Assembly: GCA_038883795.1 (NCBI GenBank)
Contig: JAVZLK010000036.1
Coordinates: 1 to 16,261, forward strand
DNA: 16,261 nucleotides
From: Candidatus Bathyarchaeia archaeon
GTDB lineage: Archaea > Thermoproteota > Bathyarchaeia > Bathyarchaeales > Bathycorpusculaceae
Direction of reading: 5' to 3'
Numbering within the stretch: position 1 is the stretch's first letter; every line of letters starts with the position of its first letter. The notes under the pieces were generated by a model, which saw nothing but the letters and a program-made list of their open reading frames with translations, was not told the origin of the DNA and ran no database searches. Position numbers and translations under genes: made by a program. Of this stretch, positions 7,279 to 15,349 are shown one piece after another.

Positions 7279-9417
7279 ATGGTCTCGGTTGACAAAATAC
7301 GGGATGTAATCATTATTTCTATTGATGCTGGGGGAACAATGACTGATTGTATCGCGGTGAGAGAGGACGGCTCATTTTTACTCGGAAAGGCGTTGACAAA
7401 CTACGCGGACGAATCATACAGTTTTGGTGAAAGTATAAAAGATGCTTTAAATGACAAATCCCCAGATTTATCGCGCTTAAGGATCTGCGCATACGCTGGA
7501 ACTTTGCTGCTTAACGCTGTGTTAACACGCAGAGGCCTAAAAACTGGTTTATTGACGACAAGAGGATTTGAGCATCTCATCTACTTCATGCGGGGGCACT
7601 CATGGCTAGGGTACTCATACGTGGACAAACTTCATTCTGTCACCCACATCTATCCAGACGTGTTCCCAGGGCCTCTAGTTCCAGTGGACCTAATAAAAGG
7701 TGTTAATGAACGTATAGATACAAATGGTCGCATAGTTATACCGCTGAATGAAGAAGACGTAAAAAGAGGGGTTAACGAGCTTTTGGATAAAGGTTGCCAA
7801 TCCATTGCGGTGAGTTATCTCAACTCCACAATGAATCCAGTTCATGAGATTAAGACAAGAGAAATAGCTAAGGAAGTTATTAATGAACGAGGGTTAAATG
7901 TTCATGTTGTTTTGTCTTCAGAAGTTTCTCCTAGAGGTAAAGAGACCGAGCGCACTGTCAGTACTGTTATTCAAGCTTTTGCTGCTGAACCAGCGGCTAA
8001 TCAACTTTTGAGAGTTGAGACCAAAGCCAGAGAGATGGGTTTTAAAGGAAACTTATACACGGTCCTTTCCTATGGAGGTTTAGTTGACATTAGATATCCT
8101 AGGCTATATGAAACTCTCATAAGCGGACCAATAGGCGGGGTTCTGGGATCTAAGTTCGTTGGCGATATTCTCGGCGAAAAAAACATTGTAGCCACTGATT
8201 TAGGTGGAACGAGCTTTGACGTTGGAATAATTAAAGATGGCATAATACACATAGAAAGAGAACCAGAAGTGGCCCGTTACATGCTTAGTCTTCCAATGGT
8301 GCGTACCGACTCCATAGCCGCGGGTGCGGGCATGGTCGTACGTGTGGATCCAGTTTCCAAACTTATAACTTTAGGTCCTGAAAGCGCTGGTTACCGTGTA
8401 GGCATATGCTTGGATTATCATGAAGTTACAATAAGCGATTGTAACGTGGTTTTGGGCTATTTAAACCCCAACTACTTCCTGGGAGGTAAAGTAAAATTGA
8501 ATAGAGATAAGGCATTAAAAGCTATCGAAGAAAAGATTGCGCAACCCTTAGGTCTTGATGTTTACAATGCTGCCTACCTAGCTATTGCATCATTGCATGC
8601 TAAAATGAGTGACTGGCTTAATGCCACATTAATGGCGAGAGGTTACACACCCTTAGACTATATACTTCTATGCTATGGTGGCGCCGGGCCTCTTCACATG
8701 TGGGGATTTGACGTAATACCCTTCAAAGATTATATAACCTTCAAGTTTGCAGCCGGTTTCTCAGCTTTTGGAAATTCTACGGTGGACTATATGATTAGGG
8801 AGCATAAGAGCGTGAACATCAGTATTCCCCCAAATCCAGATGCTGAAACAATTATGAAGGTTGGAGAGCATTTAAATAGCGCATGGGAAGACCTCGAAAA
8901 CAGGCAAATGAAAATACTAACTTCCCAAGGATTTTCAACGGAACAAATAATCATCAAACAGATTGCCTATATGAGGTTTGCGGGACAATTGGAGGATCAT
9001 GAAGTATTTTCACCCAGAAGCAGAATTTTGAAACCCGAAGATTTCGATGACTTAATGAAGGCTTTTGAAAGCGTCTACACATCTATATATCCAAAGGCAG
9101 CCTTATTCCCTGAAGCTGGAATTGTCATAAAAGAAGTGGCTACCTTAGCTTTAGTAACCGGAATGCCCAAACCGAAAATAATTAAGAAGCCACTAAGTGG
9201 TGAAAAGCCTCCAGAGAGCGCATTCAAAGGTCAACGTGAAGTTTTCTACGAGAAAAACTGGGTGACCTTTGATGTTTGGGAAATGGATCCACTTCAACCT
9301 GGCAACAAAGTGTATGGTCCTGCAATAATTGAACATCCCATGACAACTCTTGTTGTACCTCCACAAAGAAGGATCTACATTGACGAATATGAGTTTATTC
9401 ACTATTCTAGGAGGTGA
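7279..9417 (+). CDS. acxA: Acetone carboxylase-like beta subunit (hydantoinase A/oxoprolinase family, ATP-binding)
   Basis: IDAGGTMTD, SGPIGGV, DLGGTSFD, LGPESAGYRVG.C, TISDC..VLGYLNP..FLGG, YGGAGP.H, AAGFSAFG are collinear with bacterial AcxA as I recall it. The ORF is open from TTG 7228, but ATG 7279 follows a GAGGT SD and is preferred. Confidence 0.88.
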   Translation: MVSVDKIRDVIIISIDAGGTMTDCIAVREDGSFLLGKALTNYADESYSFGESIKDALNDKSPDLSRLRICAYAGTLLLNAVLTRRGLKTGLLTTRGFEHLIYFMRGHSWLGYSYVDKLHSVTHIYPDVFPGPLVPVDLIKGVNERIDTNGRIVIPLNEEDVKRGVNELLDKGCQSIAVSYLNSTMNPVHEIKTREIAKEVINERGLNVHVVLSSEVSPRGKETERTVSTVIQAFAAEPAANQLLRVETKAREMGFKGNLYTVLSYGGLVDIRYPRLYETLISGPIGGVLGSKFVGDILGEKNIVATDLGGTSFDVGIIKDGIIHIEREPEVARYMLSLPMVRTDSIAAGAGMVVRVDPVSKLITLGPESAGYRVGICLDYHEVTISDCNVVLGYLNPNYFLGGKVKLNRDKALKAIEEKIAQPLGLDVYNAAYLAIASLHAKMSDWLNATLMARGYTPLDYILLCYGGAGPLHMWGFDVIPFKDYITFKFAAGFSAFGNSTVDYMIREHKSVNISIPPNPDAETIMKVGEHLNSAWEDLENRQMKILTSQGFSTEQIIIKQIAYMRFAGQLEDHEVFSPRSRILKPEDFDDLMKAFESVYTSIYPKAALFPEAGIVIKEVATLALVTGMPKPKIIKKPLSGEKPPESAFKGQREVFYEKNWVTFDVWEMDPLQPGNKVYGPAIIEHPMTTLVVPPQRRIYIDEYEFIHYSRR

Positions 9418-9423
9418 AAAATG
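9408..9423 (+). promoter_or_regulatory. Strong ribosome-binding site overlapping the acxA stop (TAGGAGGTGAAAAATG)
   Basis: GGAGGTGA is complementary to the 16S rRNA 3' end. Its TGA is the acxA stop. Confidence 0.75.
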
Positions 9424-11607
9424 ATGGGAATAGGATATGGCGGGAAAACTCTCAAAGAGCTTTTAGAAGAAAATGTAAGACTTTTCAAGGAGACCGGATG
9501 TTATTACGGAATAAAGGAGCTAACGCTTAGAAAAGAAGATCCAGTTAAACTGGAACGTTTTTCCTCGCGGTTGCTGTCCTTGGTGGTCGGGGCGCGAGAG
9601 TCTGTGAGATACATTGCTTCTTCGCCGGGCACAAAAGAAGTGGGAGAACTTGTCTTTGCAATATTCACTCCTGAAGGAGACGGTGTAGTCTTCTCAACGG
9701 GTATCATGGCTCATGTTAACACTCTCTCACGGTTTATAAAGTGGATGATAGAGCGTGACTACGAAAGTGACCCAGGTATAGTTGAAGGAAGGTACTTTGA
9801 GGCTAATGATTGGTGGGTTGGGGGGCTACATCCAGTTGATGTGTTGCAGGTCACTCCAATCTTCTACAATGGACAGCTTATTGGATGGTGTGGGGGTGTT
9901 ATTCACGAACTTGAAGCAGGAGCTTATGAACCAGCTGGCTGTCCGCTATCTCCTACGCGCTTCTTGGAGGGGGTTCATCTAATGGGTGATATTGTCGGCG
10001 AGAACGACAAACTCAAGAAAGAGTATGTCGAAAAAATGAAGGTAAACGTGAGGATGCCAGAAATTTTCATAATGGATGCTAAAGTAAGGCTTTCCGGTAA
10101 TTACATGATCAGAGAGGGTGTTAAAAAAGTAATCGAAGAATTTGGCATCGACTATTACATGAGAGCAGTACGTGAACTCATAGAAGAAGGGCGAAGGGCG
10201 TTTCTAGAAAAAGTGAAACTAACCTTGATACCCGGAAAGTACAGGACCGCAGCTTTTATACCCCTAAACTATGGCCAAATAGAGGGATTGAGACGTTTAC
10301 ATCCCCTCGCCCAACAAGACACCTTACTACAATTTGCCTATGAAATAAAAGTCAACGAAGATGGCACGCTGGATTATGATTTTTACGCCGCAAATCCCCA
10401 AGGCCCTCACCCATTGCATGCAACTCCAACCCTTTTGAGAGGTGGCTTATGGATTACTTTAACCCAAATATTAGCTTACGATCTCAGAGTTTCTGAGGGA
10501 ACCAACCTTTGCGTCTCCTTCTCAGCGCCGCCGGGTTCAACGTTAAACCCAACGGATCCCCATGTGTCTACATCTAACGTATGGAACGTTTTATGCACAA
10601 TTTTTGGGTCTGGGGTCCGACTACTTTCACAAGGATTCTTTGCAAGGGGCTTTTTGGAAGAAATATTTCAAATGAACGCTAATGACATGCACGCAATCCA
10701 ATTGCTAGATGTTAGAGGAGGGTTGGCAGGTGGGGATAACATGGAGCATGCAGGCGCTGGAAGCGGTGCAAGAGCTGTTGAGGACGGGTTGGATGCAGGG
10801 CACTGTTTATGGCTGCCAGACACAACCGCTGGAAATGCTGAAAGATGGGAAGAGCTATATAACGAACTATACCTTTACCGCAGCTTTCTGAAGGATGTTT
10901 ACGCACCGGGTAGATTCCGGGGAGGCGTAGCCCGAAACTCCAGCTTCATTGTATGGACAGACTTTATGCAGGTAGTTTTCAGGTGTGGATGGACACCAGG
11001 TGTTTTCCCTTTCGACAAGGGAATGTTCGGTGGCTACCCGCCACCCACACCATTTGGCTACGCCTTAAGGAATACTAATGTCAAGGAGCTAATCGAAAAG
11101 GGACTTCCACTGCCGAGGAACGTGTTTGAAATTCTTGACGCCCTCAACAAAGGAATTCTAAAAGCTGATGAAGTGTATTTCTACAAGACTCATGATGTAA
11201 CTCCACGCTTGAAACATTACGACATATTCGGAATAGTGCATAAAGGCGGTGCGGGTTACGGCGATCCAATAAAGAGAGACCCTAAGTTGGTGCTAAGAGA
11301 TATAGGAATGGGTCTCGTTAGCCCAGAATATGCCGAGAGAATCCATGGAGTAGTTCTTAAACGGGAGGGAGACAAATGGACGGTGGATATAGAAGCAACG
11401 TTGAAAAAACGTGAGGCTATCAAGAGTGAAAGACTAGCTAAAGCAATTCCAGTGAAAGATTTCATAGAGCAGGAACGCAAGAGAATTTTGGATAGAAACA
11501 TTCCAGAGCACGTTCTAAGGTGTTATAGAGATTGTATGAGAATTTCACAGAGGTTTAAGGAAGAATTTTACAGATTCTGGAATCTAAATGAGAACTTTGA
11601 ACTGTAG
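9421..11607 (+). CDS. acxB: Acetone carboxylase-like alpha subunit (hydantoinase B family, metal-binding catalytic subunit)
   Basis: GG.TLKE, ARE...IA.SP, GE (E76), STGI..HV (H98), HP.D (H137/D140), GGV.H (H162), RGFLEE, GMFGGYP, GG.GYGDP. Lies between acxA and acxC homologues. Confidence 0.88.
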   Translation: MMGIGYGGKTLKELLEENVRLFKETGCYYGIKELTLRKEDPVKLERFSSRLLSLVVGARESVRYIASSPGTKEVGELVFAIFTPEGDGVVFSTGIMAHVNTLSRFIKWMIERDYESDPGIVEGRYFEANDWWVGGLHPVDVLQVTPIFYNGQLIGWCGGVIHELEAGAYEPAGCPLSPTRFLEGVHLMGDIVGENDKLKKEYVEKMKVNVRMPEIFIMDAKVRLSGNYMIREGVKKVIEEFGIDYYMRAVRELIEEGRRAFLEKVKLTLIPGKYRTAAFIPLNYGQIEGLRRLHPLAQQDTLLQFAYEIKVNEDGTLDYDFYAANPQGPHPLHATPTLLRGGLWITLTQILAYDLRVSEGTNLCVSFSAPPGSTLNPTDPHVSTSNVWNVLCTIFGSGVRLLSQGFFARGFLEEIFQMNANDMHAIQLLDVRGGLAGGDNMEHAGAGSGARAVEDGLDAGHCLWLPDTTAGNAERWEELYNELYLYRSFLKDVYAPGRFRGGVARNSSFIVWTDFMQVVFRCGWTPGVFPFDKGMFGGYPPPTPFGYALRNTNVKELIEKGLPLPRNVFEILDALNKGILKADEVYFYKTHDVTPRLKHYDIFGIVHKGGAGYGDPIKRDPKLVLRDIGMGLVSPEYAERIHGVVLKREGDKWTVDIEATLKKREAIKSERLAKAIPVKDFIEQERKRILDRNIPEHVLRCYRDCMRISQRFKEEFYRFWNLNENFEL

Positions 11608-11621
11608 GAGGTGAAAAAATG
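11605..11621 (+). promoter_or_regulatory. Strong ribosome-binding site overlapping the acxB stop (TAGGAGGTGAAAAAATG)
   Basis: Same GGAGGTGA element as at the acxA/acxB junction. Here the TAG is the acxB stop. Confidence 0.75.
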
Positions 11622-12113
11622 GCTGTTTCTTACCCTGAAGAAGTGATAAAGAAACTTGTTAATCGAGAACTTCCGTGGGAAGATTTGAGAAGAATTATGT
11701 CTTCATTTAAGGATGCCGACCGCTTTGAAAAATATATCAAAGTTCTACAGGAACAGACTGGATGGCGGGAGCCTATAGTACTACCGTTAACAGAACATCT
11801 AATGATCGTTAACAAGGATGAAAAGCTGATAATAAAAGCCCTGTGTGGATATGAGCTTGGAGATTACAGAGATAACTGGAAACTTAAAGTTTTGATCCAC
11901 GTCAGGAATTCGGTTGAAAAGTTCAAGGAGATCTATCCAGATCCACTAATACCTGACCCTAACTGGTGCGAAATACGAGAATTCATATGCCCTGGCTGCG
12001 GAACATTATTGGATGTGGATGCGGTTCCTCCCGGATATCCTATAATTAAAGAATTCGAACCAGACATTGAAACTTTCTATACAAAATGGTTGAAAAAGCC
12101 ATTACCAAAATAA
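11619..12113 (+). CDS. acxC: Acetone carboxylase gamma subunit
   Basis: KD.DRF.KY..VLQE...W...IVLPL, CG..LGDYRDNWKL, EIYP, IREFICPGCGTLLDV, YP.I.EFEPDIE.FY..WL; 164 aa. Confidence 0.92.
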   Translation: MAVSYPEEVIKKLVNRELPWEDLRRIMSSFKDADRFEKYIKVLQEQTGWREPIVLPLTEHLMIVNKDEKLIIKALCGYELGDYRDNWKLKVLIHVRNSVEKFKEIYPDPLIPDPNWCEIREFICPGCGTLLDVDAVPPGYPIIKEFEPDIETFYTKWLKKPLPK

Positions 12114-12120
12114 TCTAAAA

Positions 12121-12145
12121 CTTCTTTTATTATTCTTTTTATTAT
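12121..12145 (+). terminator. Putative oligo-T terminator between convergent acxC and nitrilase genes
   Basis: cttcttttattattctttttattat immediately follows the acxC stop. Confidence 0.45.
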
Positions 12146-12165
12146 GCCATTGTCAATTCGTGAAT

Positions 12166-13029
12166 CTATCTTTGTGTTAGTTCGGTGTATGTTTCAGGGC
12201 GTCTATCCTCAAATATGGTTCTAACCCCCATGCATAGATTTTTTAATGAAGACAGATCTAATGTAGCGATGGCAACTCCTTCTTTGTCGTCTAACGGTCC
12301 AGCGTATATGTGATAGCTCATTTTGCCAGGCTTTGGTCCAATTATCATACTATGTCCAAAGTAGCTGAATTCTCCTTGTCTTCCGACCATATTAGCGCTT
12401 GCAATAAACATGTTATTTTCGATGGAGCGTGCTCCAAGAGTTGTGGTATAAAAGTCTAAATAATCATCTGCATCTGGAAATCGTGGGAACGCTGTAATAT
12501 TTAGATGTATCCTGGCCCCTCTTGTTGCGTAGACTCTAGGGACTTCTGGAAAGCAATAGTTATCGTAACATATGCCTATTCCGATTAAACCCCAGGGAGT
12601 TTGGATCACTGGGTATGAATTACCCGGTGTAGCCCATTTTTCTGCAAATTTAGCTGGATGGACTTTACGGTAAACGCCTAGGATTCCTGTAGGACCTATG
12701 AATGGCACGGCATTATAAAGCTTTGAACCGTTCCTTTCTATCATTCCAAACGCGACATAGACCTTATGTTCAGCTACAATTTTTTGAACGGCATTTGTCG
12801 AAGGCCCTGGGATGGGTTCTGAAAGCTCGTTGGCCATTTCTGGAGGAAAACCACTATAACTTGTTAAGGCCAACTCGGGAAAGACGATAATGTTGGCCCC
12901 CCTCTCCGCTCCCTCAACAATGAAGTGCTCAATTTTTTTCAACGTGGCAGCTTTATCCGGCTTTAGCCCGTCAATCACGGGTTCGAAGTTTACAACAGCA
13001 ATCTTAACAATATCTCGGTGAGATAACAT
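12166..13029 (-). CDS. Carbon-nitrogen hydrolase (nitrilase/amidase superfamily)
   Basis: Glu-Lys-Cys triad motifs VFPELAL, YRKVHP and GICYD..., plus ARSIEN, ANMVG, YFGHSMIIGP and the C-terminal DRRPETY. Confidence 0.93.
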   Translation of the reverse strand: MLSHRDIVKIAVVNFEPVIDGLKPDKAATLKKIEHFIVEGAERGANIIVFPELALTSYSGFPPEMANELSEPIPGPSTNAVQKIVAEHKVYVAFGMIERNGSKLYNAVPFIGPTGILGVYRKVHPAKFAEKWATPGNSYPVIQTPWGLIGIGICYDNYCFPEVPRVYATRGARIHLNITAFPRFPDADDYLDFYTTTLGARSIENNMFIASANMVGRQGEFSYFGHSMIIGPKPGKMSYHIYAGPLDDKEGVAIATLDLSSLKNLCMGVRTIFEDRRPETYTELTQR

Positions 13030-13179
13030 ATCTTCTTTTATCTCCTTGCATGCTAATAACTATAAAAAACTATTTAAATTAAAATGTTGCTAATCTACGG
13101 AAAAGTTTATATCTTACTTTTCTTTTGCAATAAAACTTTTATAGTTCTTGTTTTCCAACGTAATAGACTGGGGATTATC
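13030..13179. promoter_or_regulatory. Divergent promoter region between the nitrilase and the ABC binding protein
   Basis: Plus strand BRE/TATA-like GGAAAAG-TTTATAT (13099-13112) and AAAAC-TTTTATA (13132-13143); minus strand TTTTTATA near 13061-13068. Confidence 0.5.
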
Positions 13180-14436
13180 GTGAAAAGCAGAGCCGTAACT
13201 AAAATGCAAGCAATTATAATTGCCGTGATAATTGTTGTTGTTATAATCGCTGGTGGGGTCTATTACTTCTACCAAACTCAAAAGGGTGCAAAGGAAAAAG
13301 TGGTAATAGGGTATGTCGACGCGTTTACTGGAGTATTCGCTCCGGGGCCGGAGACATGGGGTACAATATGGATGGAGATCCTTATTGACGAATATAATAA
13401 GGCCGGCGGTCTTTATGTCCCCGAATATGGCAAAAAATTACCTATCGAGTTTATAAAGTATGACTCAAAAAGTGATACGGAGACACTTATTAGGCTTACA
13501 GAAAAGTGTATGAGCGAAGACATGGTTGACCTAATGTTTGCGCCATGGGGAACTTCTCAAAACTTTGCCGTTCTGCCGTTATATGAAAAATATGGATATC
13601 CGTTGATAGCCCATGCCATGGGAAGTGGTCAAGTAGTAGACCTTATACTCTCCGGTGGAACAAAATGGGTTTTTCCTGTACTGTGCCAACCACCATTTGT
13701 AGCTAAGTATGTGGCAGATTTCCTTGTATGGGCAAATGCATCTCGCATAGGCATCATTGGCATAAGTGATTTACACGGCATAGAATTTACAGGGCGGCTG
13801 GCGTCGGAGTTGGCACAGAGAGGCATTACTCCAGTAGTTGGACCGGAGCTTTATCCATTGACGGTTACTGATCTATCGCCATTAATCAGGAAGCTTAAAG
13901 AGGCCAATGTGGACGCTTTGTGGGCGTCCACTTACCCGGCGGATGGGACTCTATTAATAAGGCAGTGTATGGAGCTTAGTTATGTTCCTAGAATAATGTT
14001 CATGGGTCCTGGCTCCCAATATCCGGCGATAATGGTGCCCGCCTTTGGTGTTAAAGCAATGACAGGAATTATGGAGTACCACGGATTTGAAGTGGATTAT
14101 AAAAGTTCTACAAAGCTGCTTGAACTTGCCGAAAAATATAAAGCGAAAGTTGGTTATTATCCTGGGGCCAACACTATAGCAGCTTACGTTTGCCATCAAG
14201 TGCTTTTCAAAGCCGTAGAAAAGTATGGCCTAGACAGAGTTAAAATTAGAGACGCCTTTTTGGCTGGTGAAACTTTCGACACTGTAGTTGGGCCAGCAAA
14301 GTTTGATACGTCAAATGTTTACTTAGACGCTCCAGGGGCTGGCTACATTTGTCAATGGCAAGGCGAAGAGATACTGAAGGTTGTGTGGCCTTTGAACAGA
14401 GCCACCGCGCAATGGATTCCTAAAACTTCGTGGTAA
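13180..14436 (+). CDS. LIV-family (type 1 periplasmic binding protein) ABC substrate-binding protein with an N-terminal membrane anchor
   Basis: VIG...AFTG.FA, YNKAGGLYV, YDSKSD, VDLMFAPWGT, DLSPLIRKLKEANVD, FDTVVG..KFD, QWQ. The ORF is open from 13084, but GTG 13180 after GGGGA gives a clean signal/anchor (MKSRAVTKMQAIIIAVIIVVVIIAGGVYY). Confidence 0.87.
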   Translation: MKSRAVTKMQAIIIAVIIVVVIIAGGVYYFYQTQKGAKEKVVIGYVDAFTGVFAPGPETWGTIWMEILIDEYNKAGGLYVPEYGKKLPIEFIKYDSKSDTETLIRLTEKCMSEDMVDLMFAPWGTSQNFAVLPLYEKYGYPLIAHAMGSGQVVDLILSGGTKWVFPVLCQPPFVAKYVADFLVWANASRIGIIGISDLHGIEFTGRLASELAQRGITPVVGPELYPLTVTDLSPLIRKLKEANVDALWASTYPADGTLLIRQCMELSYVPRIMFMGPGSQYPAIMVPAFGVKAMTGIMEYHGFEVDYKSSTKLLELAEKYKAKVGYYPGANTIAAYVCHQVLFKAVEKYGLDRVKIRDAFLAGETFDTVVGPAKFDTSNVYLDAPGAGYICQWQGEEILKVVWPLNRATAQWIPKTSW

Positions 14437-14457
14437 AGACTTTCGGAGTGTTTTTAA

Positions 14458-15342
14458 TTGGTAACCCCTTCTCTTTTTTTGGACATAATTGTCGGTGGTG
14501 TCATTTTAGGAGCATTCTACTCGTTGATAGCGGTAGGACTTAATTTGCAATATGGGGTTACGCGTATACTTAACGTTGCACATGGAGAATTTTTGATGCT
14601 AGGCGCTTACCTAACTTATTTCTGTTTCACACTATTTGGAATGAATCCTTTTGTATCCATAGTCATCGTTGGACCTTTGATGTTTTTTGTCGGACTATTT
14701 GTATATGTGCTAATACTTCGTAGGGTGGTGAAACTATCAAAGTCATCTGAAGAGCTTGAGTTTAGATCTTTACTAATATGTTTCGGCCTTTCTTTTGTCA
14801 TCCAAAACTTAGCTATGGTTTTATGGACAGCAAATTACAGAGGTTATGAAGTGCCTTCGCTTGGAATAATAACTATTTGGGGCGTGAGTTTTGAAGTTAA
14901 TAGGATAATTATCGCTTTAATATCAATCGCTATCAATGTTTTCCTTTACGTGTTTTTGCGATTCACAAAGACAGGCTTAGCCATGCGAGCCATGGTAAGC
15001 CAGCCTGAAGGAGCTCAGCTTGTTGGCGTTAATCTTAATCATATCTACGCCGTATCATTTGGCCTTGGCATTTTATTCAGCGCTTGGGCAGGCACTCTGA
15101 CAAGTGTTCTGTATTCTACAATAAATCCATTTATGGGGGTTCCATATACATTAATCAGCTTAGTATTAGTAATTCTGGCTGGTGTCGGCAGTTTTAGAGG
15201 TAATGTTGCGGGAGGATTTTTGCTTGGATATCTGGCGTATGTCACTATGAGGGTGATACATTCAGCGTTAACTCTTGTTGTTATATACGCCGTTCTGATA
15301 CTGATACTTCTAGTCAAACCTAAGGGACTGTTTACGAGGTGA
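14458..15342 (+). CDS. livH: Branched-chain amino acid-type ABC permease, LivH-like
   Basis: YSLIAVGLNLQYGVTRILNVAHGEF, TKTGLAMRA...AQLVGVN, VILAGVGS and C-terminal KPKGLF; TTG start. Confidence 0.88.
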   Translation: MVTPSLFLDIIVGGVILGAFYSLIAVGLNLQYGVTRILNVAHGEFLMLGAYLTYFCFTLFGMNPFVSIVIVGPLMFFVGLFVYVLILRRVVKLSKSSEELEFRSLLICFGLSFVIQNLAMVLWTANYRGYEVPSLGIITIWGVSFEVNRIIIALISIAINVFLYVFLRFTKTGLAMRAMVSQPEGAQLVGVNLNHIYAVSFGLGILFSAWAGTLTSVLYSTINPFMGVPYTLISLVLVILAGVGSFRGNVAGGFLLGYLAYVTMRVIHSALTLVVIYAVLILILLVKPKGLFTR

Positions 15343-15349
15343 ATTCTAG

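Noticed and set aside
8070-12890. Short alternative-frame or antisense ORFs within acxABC and the nitrilase gene
   Set aside because: 60-81 aa, nested in long conserved genes, with no independent support.
13084-13179. N-terminal extension of the binding protein from ATG 13084
   Set aside because: Runs through the AT-rich promoter region; GTG 13180 gives a canonical signal peptide.
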